This document shows, in pieces, positions 12,833-23,769 of a DNA stretch of 64,000 nt (its first letter is position 1; each line of letters begins with the position of its first letter). The notes beneath the pieces are model-generated. The model did not search any database. It was not told the origin of the DNA and was given only the letters and a program-made list of their open reading frames with translations. Source of the DNA: Myxococcota bacterium (GTDB taxonomy: Bacteria > Myxococcota_A > UBA796 > UBA2385); contig JBIJDH010000010.1 of the NCBI GenBank assembly GCA_044344255.1, forward strand, positions 128,001 to 192,000, in the 5' to 3' direction. The position numbers and the translations under genes were made by a program.

Positions 12833-15800
12833 TCACTGACGAAGCGCTTCTTTGTCTTCGACGAGCTCGACGTCCAGCGCGAGAGCCTGAAGCTCCTTCA
12901 CCAGCACGTTGAAGCTCTCGGGCAGACCGGCTTCGAGGACGTTCTCGCCCTTGACGATCGACTCGTACATCCGGGTACGCCCCGCCACGTCGTCGGACTT
13001 GACGGTGAGGAACTCCTGGAGCGTGTACGCCGCGCCGTAGGCCTCGAGCGCCCAGACTTCCATTTCGCCCAGTCGCTGACCGCCGAACTGCGCCTTACCA
13101 CCCAGCGGCTGCTGCGTGACGAGGCTGTAGGGGCCGATGCTTCGAGCGTGGATCTTCTCGTCGACCAAGTGGTGGAGCTTGAGCATGTACATCACGCCCA
13201 CCGTCACCTGGTTCTCGAAGGGGTCCCCCGTGCGCCCGTCGTAGAGCGTGGACTGACCGTCGGCGTCGAGGCCGGCGATGCCGAGGCTGCGCTTGATCTC
13301 GCCCTCGCTGGCCCCCGCGAAGACCGGCGTGGCCGTGGTGAGGCCATCCTTGTACTTCTTCGCGAAGACGACCAGCTGATCGTAGGTAGCCGTCGCCAGG
13401 AAGTCGGTGACCTCCGGGAGCCCGCGGTAGGCTTCCGTGAAGGTGGTCCGCATGTCCTCGGTGATGGTGCTCTGCGCCTCTTCGATCATGCGCCCGACCA
13501 TCTTGCCGATGCCGCGCGCGGCCCAGCCGAGGTGGGTCTCCAGGATCTGACCGACGTTCATTCGAGAGGGCACGCCGAGGGGGTTCAGGACGAGGTCCAC
13601 GGTAGTCCCATCCTCGAGGTACGGCATGTCCTCGACAGGCAACACCTTGGAGACGACACCCTTGTTCCCGTGCCGACCGGCCATCTTGTCGCCGACCTGC
13701 AGCTTGCGCTTGATCGCGACGTACACCTTGACCAGCTTGATCACGCCCGGGGAGAGCTCATCGCCCTTCTTGTGGCGCTCGATCTTAGCGGCGAAGCGCT
13801 CCTTGATCTGGTCTTCCTTCTCGCGGACGCGGTCCACGAGGTTCCAGACCTTCTCTTCGACCTGCTCACCATTCTCGACCGTGATCTTCTCGTACTGCTC
13901 GAAGGGCAGCCGCCGCAGGTTCTCGGCCGTGAAGGCCTCGCTGCGGGCGATGAGCTCCTCGCCGCTCTCGTCGTCGAGGATGCGGGCGCCCGAGACCTGC
14001 CCGTCGAGCAGCCGGAAGAGCTGCCGGAAGGCGGAGTCGCGGACCGTTCGCACCTTCTCGTCGCGGTCGCGGTTGATGCGAGAGACGGCCTGAGCCTCGA
14101 TCTCGAGGGCGCGAGCGTCCTTCTCCACACCTTCGCGGGAGAAGACCTGGGCGCCCATGACCACGCCTTCCACGCCCGGAGGGACGCGGAGCGAGGTGTC
14201 CTTGACGTCACCGGCCTTCTCACCGAAGATCGCCCGCAGGAGCTTCTCTTCGGGGGAGAGCTGGGTCTCTCCCTTCGGCGTGATCTTCCCGACGAGGATG
14301 TCGCCGGACTTCACATAGGCGCCGATGCGCACGATGCCCGAGTCATCGAGGTTCTTGAGGGCCTCCTCGCCGACATTCGGGATGTCGCGGGTGATCTCCT
14401 CCTTGCCGAGCTTGGTGTCGCGGGCCGCGATCTCGAACTCTTCGATGTGGATGGACGTGAAGAAGTCGTCCATCACCACGCGCTCAGAGACGAGGATCGA
14501 GTCTTCGAAGTTGTACCCCTGCCAGGGCATGAACGCGACGACCACGTTCTGACCCAGGGCCAGCTCACCCATCTCTGTGGCGGGACCGTCGGCGATGATG
14601 TCGCCTGCGTTCACGCGGTCCCCGGGGCGCACGACCGGCTTCTGGTTCATGCAGGTGTTCTGGTTGGAACGCATGAACTTGGTGAGGTTGTAGATATCGA
14701 CGTCTCCGCCGATCTCATCGTCCCCCGCCACTTCATCCGTCTTCAGCACGATCCGGGTGCCATCCACGCTCTCCACCACGCCGCCGCGGCGGGCGATGGA
14801 GGTCACACCGGAGTCCCGGGCCACCACGAACTCCATGCCGGTGCCGACGAGCGGCGCCTGGGTTCGGATCAGCGGAACGGCCTGACGCTGCATGTTGGCG
14901 CCCATCAGCGCGCGGTTTGCGTCGTCGTTCTCGAGGAAGGGCACGAGCGAGGCCGCCACGGAGACGAGCTGGTTCGGGCTCACGTCCATGAGCGTGATCT
15001 CTTCACGGGTGACGAGCGCGAACTCGCCCTGTCGGCGCGCGGTCATCGTATCTTCGACGAGACGATTCCCCTCACCGAGCTCTGCGTTTGCCTGCGCGAT
15101 GACATGCACCTCTTCCTCAAGGGCGGTGAAGTACCGCACCTCTTTGGTGACGATGCCGTCCTTCACGATCCGGTACGGAGCTTCAATGAAGCCGTACTCG
15201 TTCACGCGGGCGTAGGTGGACAGAGAGGCAATAAGACCGATGTTCGGGCCTTCCGGCGTCTCGATCGGGCAGATTCGGCCATAGTGCGTGGGGTGCACGT
15301 CGCGGACATCGAAGCCGGCGCGCTCGCGGGTGAGACCACCAGGACCGAGCGCGGAGAGGCGCCGCTTGTGGGTGACCTCGGAGAGGGGGTTCGTCTGGTC
15401 CATGAACTGGCTGAGCTGGCTGGACCCGAAGAACTCCTTGATGACCGCGCTCACCGGCTTCGCGTTGATCAGATCGTGCGGCATGAGAGCCTCGATCTCG
15501 GAGAGGCTCATGCGCTCCTTGATCGCCTTCTCCATGCGAACCAAGCCGATGCGGTACTGGTTCTCGAGCAGCTCGCCCACCGCGCGGACGCGACGGTTGC
15601 CGAGGTGATCGATGTCGTCGACCTGACCCTTGTTGTTCTTCAGATCGATCAGGTACTGGACGACGCGGAGGATATCCTCGCGGGTCAGCGTGGTCTGCTC
15701 GAGCGGCAGATCCAGGCCCAGCTTGTGGTTGATCTTGAGGCGGCCGACCTTGGAGAGGTCGTAACGCTCGGCGTTGAAGAACAGGTTCTCGAAGTGGTTC

Positions 15801-17017
15801 AACGCCGCGTCGTAGGTCGGCGGCTCGCCCGGCCGCAGCCGTCGGTAGATCTCGATCACCGCCTCTTCGGTCGAGTTGATCTTGTCCACGAGGAGCGTGT
15901 CGCGGAGGAAGGAGCCGACGATGACGTTGTCGATGTACAGCGTCTCGACGTCATTGATGCCCTTGTCGAGCAACAGCTCGAGGTTCTCCTTGGTGAGCTC
16001 CTCGTTGCACTCGACCAGGATCTCTCCGGTCTCCATGTCGACCACGTCGTAGGCGCTGACGCGGCGGAGGACGGCGTCGGGCGCGACGGGGATGATTCCG
16101 ACCAGCACCTCGATCTCGCGCCCCTCGACCTCTCGGGTCTGCGGCGTGAGCATGCCGACCTTCTGCATCTTCTTGATGGCCGGCTTCAGGAACTTGCGCC
16201 CGGCCTTACAGATGATGTCGCCCTTGGGGTCCACCACGTCCACAGACGCCTGCTGGATCTTGAGGAGATCCTCGGTGGTCTCCTTGGACCAGCCGTTGCC
16301 CCCCCAGATGAAGCGCTCACGCTGGTAGAAGTAGTTGAGCAGCTCTTCCGAGGAGTATCCCAAAGCCCGCAAGAGGACGGTGGCCGGCAGCTTCCGGCGA
16401 CGGTCGATGCGGACGTAGAGGATGTCCTTCGTGTCGAACTCGAAGTCGATCCAAGAGCCGCGATTCGGGATGATGCGGGCCGAGAAGATCGTCTTGCCGG
16501 AGCCGCCGGTCTTGCTCTTACCGGCATCGAAGAAGATGCCCGGCGAGCGATGCAGCTGGCTCACGACGACACGTTCGGTGCCGTTTACAATGAAGGTCCC
16601 GTGCTCGGTCATGAGCGGGATCTCACCGAAGTAGACCTCCTGCTCCTTGATGTTCGACACGGTCCGCGTGTCCGTCTCGGTGTCGATGTCCCACACGACG
16701 AGGCGGACCGTCACCTTGAGCGGCGCGGAGAAGGTCATGCCGCGCTCGCGGCACTCATCCACGTCGTACTTCGGCACCTCGAGGTCGTAGCAGACGAACT
16801 GCAACGAGGCCCGATGGCTGAAGTCCTGGATGGGGAAGACGCTCTTGAACACGCCCTGTAGGCCCGTGTTGTCGCGCTCCATCCTCGGGACCTTCATCTG
16901 CAGGAACTTTTCGTAGCTCTCCCGCTGAATCTGGATGAGGTTGTCCACGCTCACGGCAGGGAGCGTCTTCGCGAAGGAGCGCCGGTAGCGGAAATTGTTC
17001 GCCAGCAGGTCGGACAT
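12833..17017 (-). CDS. rpoB: RNA polymerase beta subunit
   Basis: [55 protein letters not shown]. Confidence 0.99.
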   Translation of the reverse strand: MSDLLANNFRYRRSFAKTLPAVSVDNLIQIQRESYEKFLQMKVPRMERDNTGLQGVFKSVFPIQDFSHRASLQFVCYDLEVPKYDVDECRERGMTFSAPLKVTVRLVVWDIDTETDTRTVSNIKEQEVYFGEIPLMTEHGTFIVNGTERVVVSQLHRSPGIFFDAGKSKTGGSGKTIFSARIIPNRGSWIDFEFDTKDILYVRIDRRRKLPATVLLRALGYSSEELLNYFYQRERFIWGGNGWSKETTEDLLKIQQASVDVVDPKGDIICKAGRKFLKPAIKKMQKVGMLTPQTREVEGREIEVLVGIIPVAPDAVLRRVSAYDVVDMETGEILVECNEELTKENLELLLDKGINDVETLYIDNVIVGSFLRDTLLVDKINSTEEAVIEIYRRLRPGEPPTYDAALNHFENLFFNAERYDLSKVGRLKINHKLGLDLPLEQTTLTREDILRVVQYLIDLKNNKGQVDDIDHLGNRRVRAVGELLENQYRIGLVRMEKAIKERMSLSEIEALMPHDLINAKPVSAVIKEFFGSSQLSQFMDQTNPLSEVTHKRRLSALGPGGLTRERAGFDVRDVHPTHYGRICPIETPEGPNIGLIASLSTYARVNEYGFIEAPYRIVKDGIVTKEVRYFTALEEEVHVIAQANAELGEGNRLVEDTMTARRQGEFALVTREEITLMDVSPNQLVSVAASLVPFLENDDANRALMGANMQRQAVPLIRTQAPLVGTGMEFVVARDSGVTSIARRGGVVESVDGTRIVLKTDEVAGDDEIGGDVDIYNLTKFMRSNQNTCMNQKPVVRPGDRVNAGDIIADGPATEMGELALGQNVVVAFMPWQGYNFEDSILVSERVVMDDFFTSIHIEEFEIAARDTKLGKEEITRDIPNVGEEALKNLDDSGIVRIGAYVKSGDILVGKITPKGETQLSPEEKLLRAIFGEKAGDVKDTSLRVPPGVEGVVMGAQVFSREGVEKDARALEIEAQAVSRINRDRDEKVRTVRDSAFRQLFRLLDGQVSGARILDDESGEELIARSEAFTAENLRRLPFEQYEKITVENGEQVEEKVWNLVDRVREKEDQIKERFAAKIERHKKGDELSPGVIKLVKVYVAIKRKLQVGDKMAGRHGNKGVVSKVLPVEDMPYLEDGTTVDLVLNPLGVPSRMNVGQILETHLGWAARGIGKMVGRMIEEAQSTITEDMRTTFTEAYRGLPEVTDFLATATYDQLVVFAKKYKDGLTTATPVFAGASEGEIKRSLGIAGLDADGQSTLYDGRTGDPFENQVTVGVMYMLKLHHLVDEKIHARSIGPYSLVTQQPLGGKAQFGGQRLGEMEVWALEAYGAAYTLQEFLTVKSDDVAGRTRMYESIVKGENVLEAGLPESFNVLVKELQALALDVELVEDKEALRQ

Positions 17018-17377
17018 CACGAGCTCCTGGAGCTGCAGACCCGGTCATGGACCGGGAAGAGGTGTGCAGCGTTCGACAAGGCCGAGGAAAAACGCTGTTC
17101 GGAGCACTCGGTAAACGGGCGGCGCGACAAGGGCACCGACACATCTCCCCAAAACGTGCGACCAACCATCGGGCACGTCCGCAGGGATGTTTCCGTAACG
17201 AGGTCCGTCATGTAGATCGAGTCACTCCTGGCGCAGCTCAAGCAGAGTCCTACACCATGCCGGCTGAGCCGGAGAGGCGAAGACGGGCCCCATCTGAGGG
17301 CTGCGACATCCGCCGCAGCACCCCAGGGAGCCCGCCCGCTGAAGGGCCAAGGGCGCGGGCCGGGGGCCCGCATCCCA

Positions 17378-17761
<384 letters not shown>

Positions 17762-17842
17762 GAAAGTCTTCCTCCGATAGGGAATTCTGATGTTCGGGAA
17801 TGGGAGCACCCGGTAGGACGACCCGGGGCCTGGGGAGGTGGC

Positions 17843-18397
17843 CTAGGCGGCCCCGGACTCGGTGGGTTCGCTCTCGGCGAGCTTCGTCTCGAGGTTCTTG
17901 AGCAGATACAGGAGGTCGCGTGCCGGACCCTGGATGACGCCCAGGACCTGACGGGGTCCCTCCTGGATGGCGCGGAGCAGCATGGTCTGCAGCTCAGCCT
18001 TGCCCGGGAGGTCAGCGACCTTCTGAATGGCTTCGGCGTTGTAGGCCTCACCATCGAAGAAGCCGCCCTTGACGACGAACCGGTTCTTATTCTTGATGCC
18101 CTTAACGATCTCCCGGATCGCCTTCGCGCTCTCGATGGGATCGGGGCCGGAGATGATCCAGCCGGTCATCCCGGTGAGGTAGGGCTCGAGCTTCGCCTTC
18201 GAAGTCCCAGACACCGCCCGCAGCGCGAGGGTGTTCTTCAGGACCTGGTAGGTGATGCCCTTTTCGCCAAGCGCACGCCGAAGCGCGGTGATCTCGGCGA
18301 CCGTGATGCCACGGTAATCCGCCACCACGACAAACGGCGCATTCTCAAGGCGACCGGAGAGGGAGTCGATGAACTCCGCCTTCTGGGTACGATTCAT
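17843..18397 (-). CDS. rplJ: 50S ribosomal protein L10
   Basis: VVADYRGITVAEITALR..KNTL; gene order. Confidence 0.97.
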   Translation of the reverse strand: MNRTQKAEFIDSLSGRLENAPFVVVADYRGITVAEITALRRALGEKGITYQVLKNTLALRAVSGTSKAKLEPYLTGMTGWIISGPDPIESAKAIREIVKGIKNKNRFVVKGGFFDGEAYNAEAIQKVADLPGKAELQTMLLRAIQEGPRQVLGVIQGPARDLLYLLKNLETKLAESEPTESGAA

Positions 18398-18406
18398 CGG
18401 GACCTC

Positions 18407-19129
18407 CTACTGCTGCTCTTCCGCCACGCGCTGCGCCTCGACGGTGTCGATACGCACCCCGGGGCCCATGGTGGAGGAGATGGCGATGCTCTTGAAGTAG
18501 GTGCCCTTGGCCGTGCTGGGCTTCAGCCGGACGAGGGTGCCGATCAAGGCGTTGAAGTTATCGGAGAGCTGAGCGGCCTCCATAGAGGCCCTCCCGATGG
18601 AGACGTGCACGATGCCCGCCTTTTCCACGCGGAAGTCAACCTTTCCACCCTTGAGCTCGCGCACCGTGGTGGCGACCTCTTCCGGGCCCACCACCGTCCC
18701 GATCTTCGGGTTCGGCATGAGTCCGCGGGGGCCGAGGACTCGACCGAGGCGGCCGACCTTGCCCATCATGTCGCGGGTGGCGACGGCCTTGTCAAAGTCA
18801 GTCCAGTTCTCGGTGAGGATCTTCTGGACGAGCTCGTCGCCGCCCACGAAGTCCGCGCCCGCATCCTGAGCCTGCCGGGCGGCTTCACCGACGGCGAAGA
18901 CCAGGACCCGAACCTTCTTCCCGGTGCCGTGCGGCAGCGAGCAAGCGCCACGGACCATCTGGTCTGCGTGCTTGGGGTTTACGCCCAGCTTGACGGCCAC
19001 GTCGACGCTCTCGTCGAACTTGGTCGTGGCGAGTGACTTTACGAGGTTCACTCCCGCCAGCGGTGGGTACTTCTGCGCGGGGTCGACTTGCGCCCGCGCG
19101 GCGGCGTACCGCCTTCCCTGATTGGCCAT
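18407..19129 (-). CDS. rplA: 50S ribosomal protein L1
   Basis: KFDESVD..LGPRGLMPNPK..SSTMGPG. Confidence 0.98.
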   Translation of the reverse strand: MANQGRRYAAARAQVDPAQKYPPLAGVNLVKSLATTKFDESVDVAVKLGVNPKHADQMVRGACSLPHGTGKKVRVLVFAVGEAARQAQDAGADFVGGDELVQKILTENWTDFDKAVATRDMMGKVGRLGRVLGPRGLMPNPKIGTVVGPEEVATTVRELKGGKVDFRVEKAGIVHVSIGRASMEAAQLSDNFNALIGTLVRLKPSTAKGTYFKSIAISSTMGPGVRIDTVEAQRVAEEQQ

Positions 19130-19173
19130 GTGTTGACTGCTCCTCGAAGACCAGAGGGGGTCTTCTGCCTGAC

Positions 19174-19200
19174 GGGGTCCGCGAGAGTGTTCTCTCCCCC
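19174..19200 (-). promoter_or_regulatory. Candidate L1-binding autoregulatory RNA structure in the rplK-rplA spacer
   Basis: GGGGG-A-GAGA-ACAC-TCTC-GCGGA-CCCC forms a stem with an asymmetric purine-rich internal loop upstream of the rplA RBS. Confidence 0.4.
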
Positions 19201-19265
19201 GACCAGACGATGAGGGTGAATGGGGCCCGCACGGAGACCAGGGGTCTCCGACGGGCGTGGGGGAC

Positions 19266-19694
19266 TCAGACGATGACGATGCCCATCGAGTGGGCGGTTC
19301 CGGAGATGGACCGGATCGCCGCGTCGATGTTCTGGGTGTTCAGGTCGGGCAACTTCTGGGCCGCGATCTCGGCGATCTGGGCCTTCGTCACAGTGCCGAC
19401 CTTGACCTTGTTGGGCGTTCCGGAGCCCTTCTCCGCCTTGGCGGCCTTCTTGATCAAGATCGCCGCGGGCGGGGTCTTGATCTCGAAGCTGAAGGTCTTG
19501 TCGGAGTAGACCGTGATGACCGTAGGGAAGATCAGGCCTTCACCGGCTTGCGCCATGGTGCGGGCGTTGAACTCCTTGCAGAACATCGGGATGTTCACAC
19601 CGGCGCCGCCGAGGGCGGGGCCGATCGGGGGCGACGGATTCGCCTTTCCCGCCGTGATCTGCAGCTTGATCTGATTGATGATCTTCTTTGCCAT
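19266..19694 (-). CDS. rplK: 50S ribosomal protein L11
   Basis: [25 protein letters not shown]. Confidence 0.98.
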   Translation of the reverse strand: MAKKIINQIKLQITAGKANPSPPIGPALGGAGVNIPMFCKEFNARTMAQAGEGLIFPTVITVYSDKTFSFEIKTPPAAILIKKAAKAEKGSGTPNKVKVGTVTKAQIAEIAAQKLPDLNTQNIDAAIRSISGTAHSMGIVIV

Positions 19695-19730
19695 CGATGG
19701 CTCCCGCCGCCTTCCGCGGCCGAATCAGGT

Positions 19731-20264
19731 CTACCCGGGTCGTTCGACCTGGGTGAAGTCGAGCTCGACAGAGGTGGGGCGTCCGAAGATGGTCACCATC
19801 ACGCGCAGCTTGGCACGCGGCTGATTAACCTCCTCCACCTTGCCGGTCATGCTGGAGAAGGGCCCGTCGATGATACGGATCTCCTCTCCACGTTCAAAGT
19901 GCATCACAGGCTTCGGCTGGTTCTGCTCTTCCGTCATCTGGTGGGTGATGCGCTTGACTTCATCCTCCGGCACCGGAGGAGGATTGCGGCTGCCACCGAT
20001 GAAGCCCGTCACCTTCGGCGTGCTCTTCACCAGATGCCAGGTCTCATTGTCGACCTCCATCTGCACGAACATGTAGCCAGGAAAGACCTTCCGAGTGGTG
20101 GTCTTCTTCTGGCCGTCCTTGACTTCAACCACCTTCTCGGTGGGGACAAGGACCTCGCCGAAGCGCTGTGCGAACCCGGAGCGCCGAATCCCGTCTTCGA
20201 GCGCGGCCTTAGCCTTGTTCTCGAAGCCCGCGTAGGTGTGAACCACGTACCAATGCTTAACCAT
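19731..20264 (-). CDS. nusG: Transcription factor NusG
   Basis: WYVVHTYAGFE..FPGY..KOW motif IIDGPF..IFGR. Confidence 0.98.
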   Translation of the reverse strand: MVKHWYVVHTYAGFENKAKAALEDGIRRSGFAQRFGEVLVPTEKVVEVKDGQKKTTTRKVFPGYMFVQMEVDNETWHLVKSTPKVTGFIGGSRNPPPVPEDEVKRITHQMTEEQNQPKPVMHFERGEEIRIIDGPFSSMTGKVEEVNQPRAKLRVMVTIFGRPTSVELDFTQVERPG

Positions 20265-20317
20265 GGAAGAAGAACCTCTGCGGTGTTGCCCTACGAGGAG
20301 ACCCGCTGGAGGCAGCT

Positions 20318-20701
20318 CTAGCTGCCCGTCGCGAGGAGGACCCGGGTGAGCCGCAGCCAGATGAAGTCGTAGCTGGCCAGCGACACCGCCAGCGCAATCG
20401 AGAACCCGATGACCACCGCGGTGGAACGGAGGGTCTCCTCCTTGTCGGGCCAGGAGACCTTTCGCAGCTCACTGATCACCTCGTCCGTGAAGTTGACCGC
20501 CACCAGGTGGCGGTTCAGCACGACAAAGGCGATCGTGGCAGCCAGAAGTCCAACCAGAGAGGTGGTGTCGATCACCCCGGCGATCTGCGGATCACCGACA
20601 TCCAATCGAGCCAGCAGGGGAACCGCCAGCCCGCGAAGCGCGATCCCAAGAGCCGCAGAGGCCCCCAGAAACGACATCACGATGTACTTGCGGTTGTCCA
20701 T
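20318..20701 (-). CDS. secE: Preprotein translocase SecE (long, multi-TM form)
   Basis: EVISELRKVSWP motif followed by a TM helix; position before nusG. Confidence 0.93.
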   Translation of the reverse strand: MDNRKYIVMSFLGASAALGIALRGLAVPLLARLDVGDPQIAGVIDTTSLVGLLAATIAFVVLNRHLVAVNFTDEVISELRKVSWPDKEETLRSTAVVIGFSIALAVSLASYDFIWLRLTRVLLATGS

Positions 20702-20800
20702 CGTCTCTCCGCGGCAGGGGGCGAGCGCCCCTCTTCAGGTCATGCCTGCCGAGACAGGGGGACCCACACTCAATCATGCTGGCCGTGCCGGCTAGCATGT

Positions 20801-20836
20801 CTCAGTATCTCGTGCAAGCTCAGTGTCTCGTGCAAG
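20801..20836. repeat. Tandem 18-bp repeat upstream of secE
   Basis: CTCAGTATCTCGTGCAAG / CTCAGTGTCTCGTGCAAG, one mismatch. Confidence 0.8.
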
Positions 20837-20872
20837 GACTCGTTGGAGCCATCGCGCGGACCCCTTCGTGAA

Positions 20873-20899
20873 CACGCCTTCCGAGGACCGGAAGGCGTG
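20873..20899 (-). terminator. Stem-loop after tuf (no U-tract)
   Basis: CACGCCTTCC-N7-GGAAGGCGTG. Confidence 0.5.
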
Positions 20900-20920
20900 C
20901 ACGGCGGACCGCGATGTAGC

Positions 20921-22111
20921 TCAGGCGATGATCTGAGACACCACCCCGGCGCCGACGGTCCGTCCGCCTTCGCGGATGGCGAAGCGGAGCTGGTTCTCGA
21001 TGGCGATGGGGGTGATGAGCGTGATCTCGATCTGGAGGTTGTCGCCCGGCATCACCATCTCGGTACCGGCGGGGAGCTTGATGGAGCCCGTCACGTCGGT
21101 GGTCCGGAAGTAGAACTGGGGGCGGTACCCGTCGAAGAAGGGCTTGTGACGGCCGCCTTCTTCCTTCTTGAGGATGTAGACCTCACCCATGAACTGGGTG
21201 TGCGCCTTGATCGACTTGGGCTTGGCGAGCACCTGGCCGCGCTCGACGTCCTCACGCTTGAGGCCGCGGAGCAGGATGCCGGCGTTGTCGCCCGCCTCAC
21301 CCTGGTCGAGGAGCTTCTTGAACATCTCGACGCCGGTGACCGTAGTGGTGCTGGTGTCGTGGATGCCGACAAGCTCAACCGACTCACCGACCTTGACGAT
21401 GCCGCGCTCAATACGGCCGGTGGCGACGGTGCCGCGGCCGGTGATCGTGAACACGTCTTCGACGGGCATCAGGAAGGGCAGCGTGGTGGCGCGAACGGGG
21501 GTGGGGATGCTCTCATCCACCGCCGCCATCAGCTTCATGATCGCCTGCTCACCGAGCTCACCCACGTCACCCTGGCTGGCCTTGAGGGCGCTGCCGCGGA
21601 TGATGGGGATGTCGTCGCCGGGGAAGTTGTAGAGGTTCAGCAGCTCGCGAACCTCCATCTCGACGAGCTCGAGGAGCTCGGGGTCGTCGAGCATGTCCAC
21701 CTTGTTGAGGAAGACCACGATGGCCGGCACGTTGACCTGGCGGGCCAAGAGCACATGCTCGCGGGTCTGCGGCATCGGGCCGTCGGCAGCGCTGACCACC
21801 AGGATCGCGCCGTCCATCTGGGCGGCGCCGGTGATCATGTTCTTGATGTAGTCTGCGTGTCCCGGGCAGTCCACGTGGGCGTAGTGACGGTTGGCCGTCT
21901 CGTACTCGACGTGCGCGGTGTTGATCGTGATGCCGCGGGCCTTCTCTTCGGGGGCCTTGTCGATGTCGGCGTACTTCATCTCCTTGGCGCCGCCGCGCTT
22001 GGCGAGCGTCATGGTGATGGCGGCCGTCAAGGTGGTCTTGCCGTGATCGACGTGACCGATGGTGCCGATGTTGACGTGCGGCTTCGAGCGCTCGAACTTT
22101 TCCTTGGCCAT
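20921..22111 (-). CDS. tuf: Elongation factor Tu
   Basis: [39 protein letters not shown]. Confidence 0.99.
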   Translation of the reverse strand: MAKEKFERSKPHVNIGTIGHVDHGKTTLTAAITMTLAKRGGAKEMKYADIDKAPEEKARGITINTAHVEYETANRHYAHVDCPGHADYIKNMITGAAQMDGAILVVSAADGPMPQTREHVLLARQVNVPAIVVFLNKVDMLDDPELLELVEMEVRELLNLYNFPGDDIPIIRGSALKASQGDVGELGEQAIMKLMAAVDESIPTPVRATTLPFLMPVEDVFTITGRGTVATGRIERGIVKVGESVELVGIHDTSTTTVTGVEMFKKLLDQGEAGDNAGILLRGLKREDVERGQVLAKPKSIKAHTQFMGEVYILKKEEGGRHKPFFDGYRPQFYFRTTDVTGSIKLPAGTEMVMPGDNLQIEITLITPIAIENQLRFAIREGGRTVGAGVVSQIIA

Positions 22112-22234
22112 GTGCGCCACCTTGTTGCGGAGATCCCGCTTCAGGTTGTTGCGGGATTCCCCGCTTCAGTGTTCAACGGCGAAGAGCGAGGGCTCCCGCC
22201 TGGAAGCTGATGAGGCAGATGCCTCGCAGAAAAG

Positions 22235-22310
22235 TGGAGCCCATGACCGGATTTGAACCGGTGACCTCCTCCTTACCAAGGAGGTGCTCTGCCAACTGAG
22301 CTACATGGGC
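22235..22310 (-). tRNA. thrT: tRNA-Thr(GGT), CCA encoded
   Basis: GCCCATGTAGCTCAG..CTCCTTGGTAAGGAG..GGTTCAAATCC..TCCA. Confidence 0.96.
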
Positions 22311-22314
22311 TGAA

Positions 22315-22390
22315 TGGAGCGGGAAACGGGGTTCGAACCCGCGACCCTCAGCTTGGAAGGCTGATGCTCTACCAACTGAGCTATTCCCGC
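22315..22390 (-). tRNA. glyT: tRNA-Gly(TCC), CCA encoded
   Basis: GCGGGAATAGCTCAG..CAGCCTTCCAAGCTG..GTTCGAACCC..TCCA. Confidence 0.96.
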
Positions 22391-22413
22391 ATCAGGAATC
22401 AACAAGTATAAGT

Positions 22414-22496
22414 TGGGAAGTGGTGGATTTGAACCACCGTAGGCTTGCGCCGGCAGGTTTACAGCCTGCTCCCTTTGGCCACTCGGGCAACTTCCC
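22414..22496 (-). tRNA. tyrU: tRNA-Tyr(GTA), CCA not encoded
   Basis: GGGAAGTTGCCCGAGTGGCCAAAGGG..GGCTGTAAACC, long variable arm, GGTTCAAATCC. Confidence 0.94.
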
Positions 22497-22571
22497 GGGA
22501 TTACTCCTACGACGCTTGGCGCTTCGTGAGGGAGTGTTGGTCTGCTGAGATACCAGAGAACGCTCGGGAGG

Positions 22572-22644
22572 AGCTGGCGGTGGGACTTGAACCCGCAACC
22601 TGCGGTTTACAAAACCGCTGCTCTGCCAGTTGAGCTACGCCAGC
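22572..22644 (-). tRNA. thrU: tRNA-Thr(TGT), CCA not encoded
   Basis: GCTGGCGTAGCTCAACTGGCAGAGC..GGTTTTGTAAACC..GGTTCAAGTCC. Confidence 0.95.
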
Positions 22645-22703
22645 CCGCGAAGGGAGCGGAGTACCGCAGCGCTCGTTGCTGAGCGCCACCCGAAGTGATG
22701 GCG

Positions 22704-22732
22704 CGCTTATTGGAGGCCGAGCGGCCTGTCAA
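22704..22732 (-). promoter_or_regulatory. Sigma70-type promoter of the tRNA-tuf operon
   Basis: TTGACA-N17-TAAGCG followed by a GC-rich discriminator, about 60 nt upstream of the first tRNA. Confidence 0.65.
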
Positions 22733-23769
22733 GGCGCCCCCGAGGTCCGCGGAGGGGAGTCATCGACGATCACCTGATCGCCGATCCTCAGCCGGACGAT
22801 CCGACGGTCCTCCAGGAGGGCTCCACCGCGCTCCACCCGCTGGTGCAGCGGCACCAATCCTTGCCCTGCCACGTCTCGGTAGTCGTCGAACTTCCAAGTA
22901 GTAACACCCGTATCATCCAACCAGGAGAGGCTGGAGAGGAGGGGGACGACCTTGGAGAAGGCGACCTCCACGAGGCCACCCACGGGGTCGGGACCGGCAC
23001 ACAGGCTTCGCTTTCCGGCCTCGGGCTGGGTGGCGCAGGGGCGGAGCCGGGACCAGTCGGCCCCGTGATCCACCGCCACTCCCAGCGTGAGGATCGGCCC
23101 GAAGATCACTTCGGGCTCCATGCTCTCGAAGAGGTCCCCTCCCCAATCCGCGGACTCTCCCGAGGCCAACTGTACGGGGCCGCCCAGCCGACGGAGAGCG
23201 ATGGGGCCCCCAGCGCCGGACACCTCAAGGAGGGTCTCGGGGCCAGAACGCAGAAGGCACCAGCGGCTGAGCTCCTCCCTCGCCCCGCGCTGCACTCGGC
23301 GATCCACGCAGAGCTCCAACTGCTTCGCCGCTGCAGTCACCCTCTCCCAACCCTCGGCGTCGAGCTGCCGTTCGACCGCAGCGCGCATCATGCGCCAGGC
23401 CTCTGCCTTACCGGCACGGCGCTGCCGCCGACTCAGTCCATCCCCGACCTTCGCGGGGGCGGTCGCCGGCAGGGAGTGGGGGCTCCGGACCCACCCTCGC
23501 TGGTCGGCGAAGAGGGTCGCCGTTCTCACACCGACGGAGAGGCGTCGGGCCATGGCCTGGGCCTCGCCCTCCGTTCCGAGCCCCTCGACGCGCACCACCC
23601 ACCGCCAGCCGACGCCAGGCCGCAGGTGGCGAACCACGAAGACCCTGGTTCCAGGGGCACCGAGGCCCGTGGCCATGGTCTCCGCTTCCGCCCGGGTCGC
23701 GAAGGTGGGTGACTCTACGAGGAAGTCGGCCCGCGCGACGGACAACCAGAGCAGCAGCAGCACGATCAC
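22729..23769 (-). CDS. Secreted protein with SPOR-like N-terminus and LolA/LolB-like beta-rich C-terminus
   Basis: Signal peptide; FATRAEAE..WVVRVEGL..EAQAMARRL; C-terminal KFDDYRDVAG..VP; GTGA overlap with the upstream gene. Confidence 0.5.
   Translation of the reverse strand: MIVLLLLWLSVARADFLVESPTFATRAEAETMATGLGAPGTRVFVVRHLRPGVGWRWVVRVEGLGTEGEAQAMARRLSVGVRTATLFADQRGWVRSPHSLPATAPAKVGDGLSRRQRRAGKAEAWRMMRAAVERQLDAEGWERVTAAAKQLELCVDRRVQRGAREELSRWCLLRSGPETLLEVSGAGGPIALRRLGGPVQLASGESADWGGDLFESMEPEVIFGPILTLGVAVDHGADWSRLRPCATQPEAGKRSLCAGPDPVGGLVEVAFSKVVPLLSSLSWLDDTGVTTWKFDDYRDVAGQGLVPLHQRVERGGALLEDRRIVRLRIGDQVIVDDSPPRTSGAP

Noticed and set aside
17018..17377. Long rplL-rpoB spacer as an ncRNA or small gene
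   Set aside because: GC hairpins are present, but there is no recognisable RNA family or credible ORF; long spacers are usual here.
22235..22644. tRNA cluster as an island integration site
   Set aside because: I saw no duplicated tRNA 3' end and no integrase in the window.
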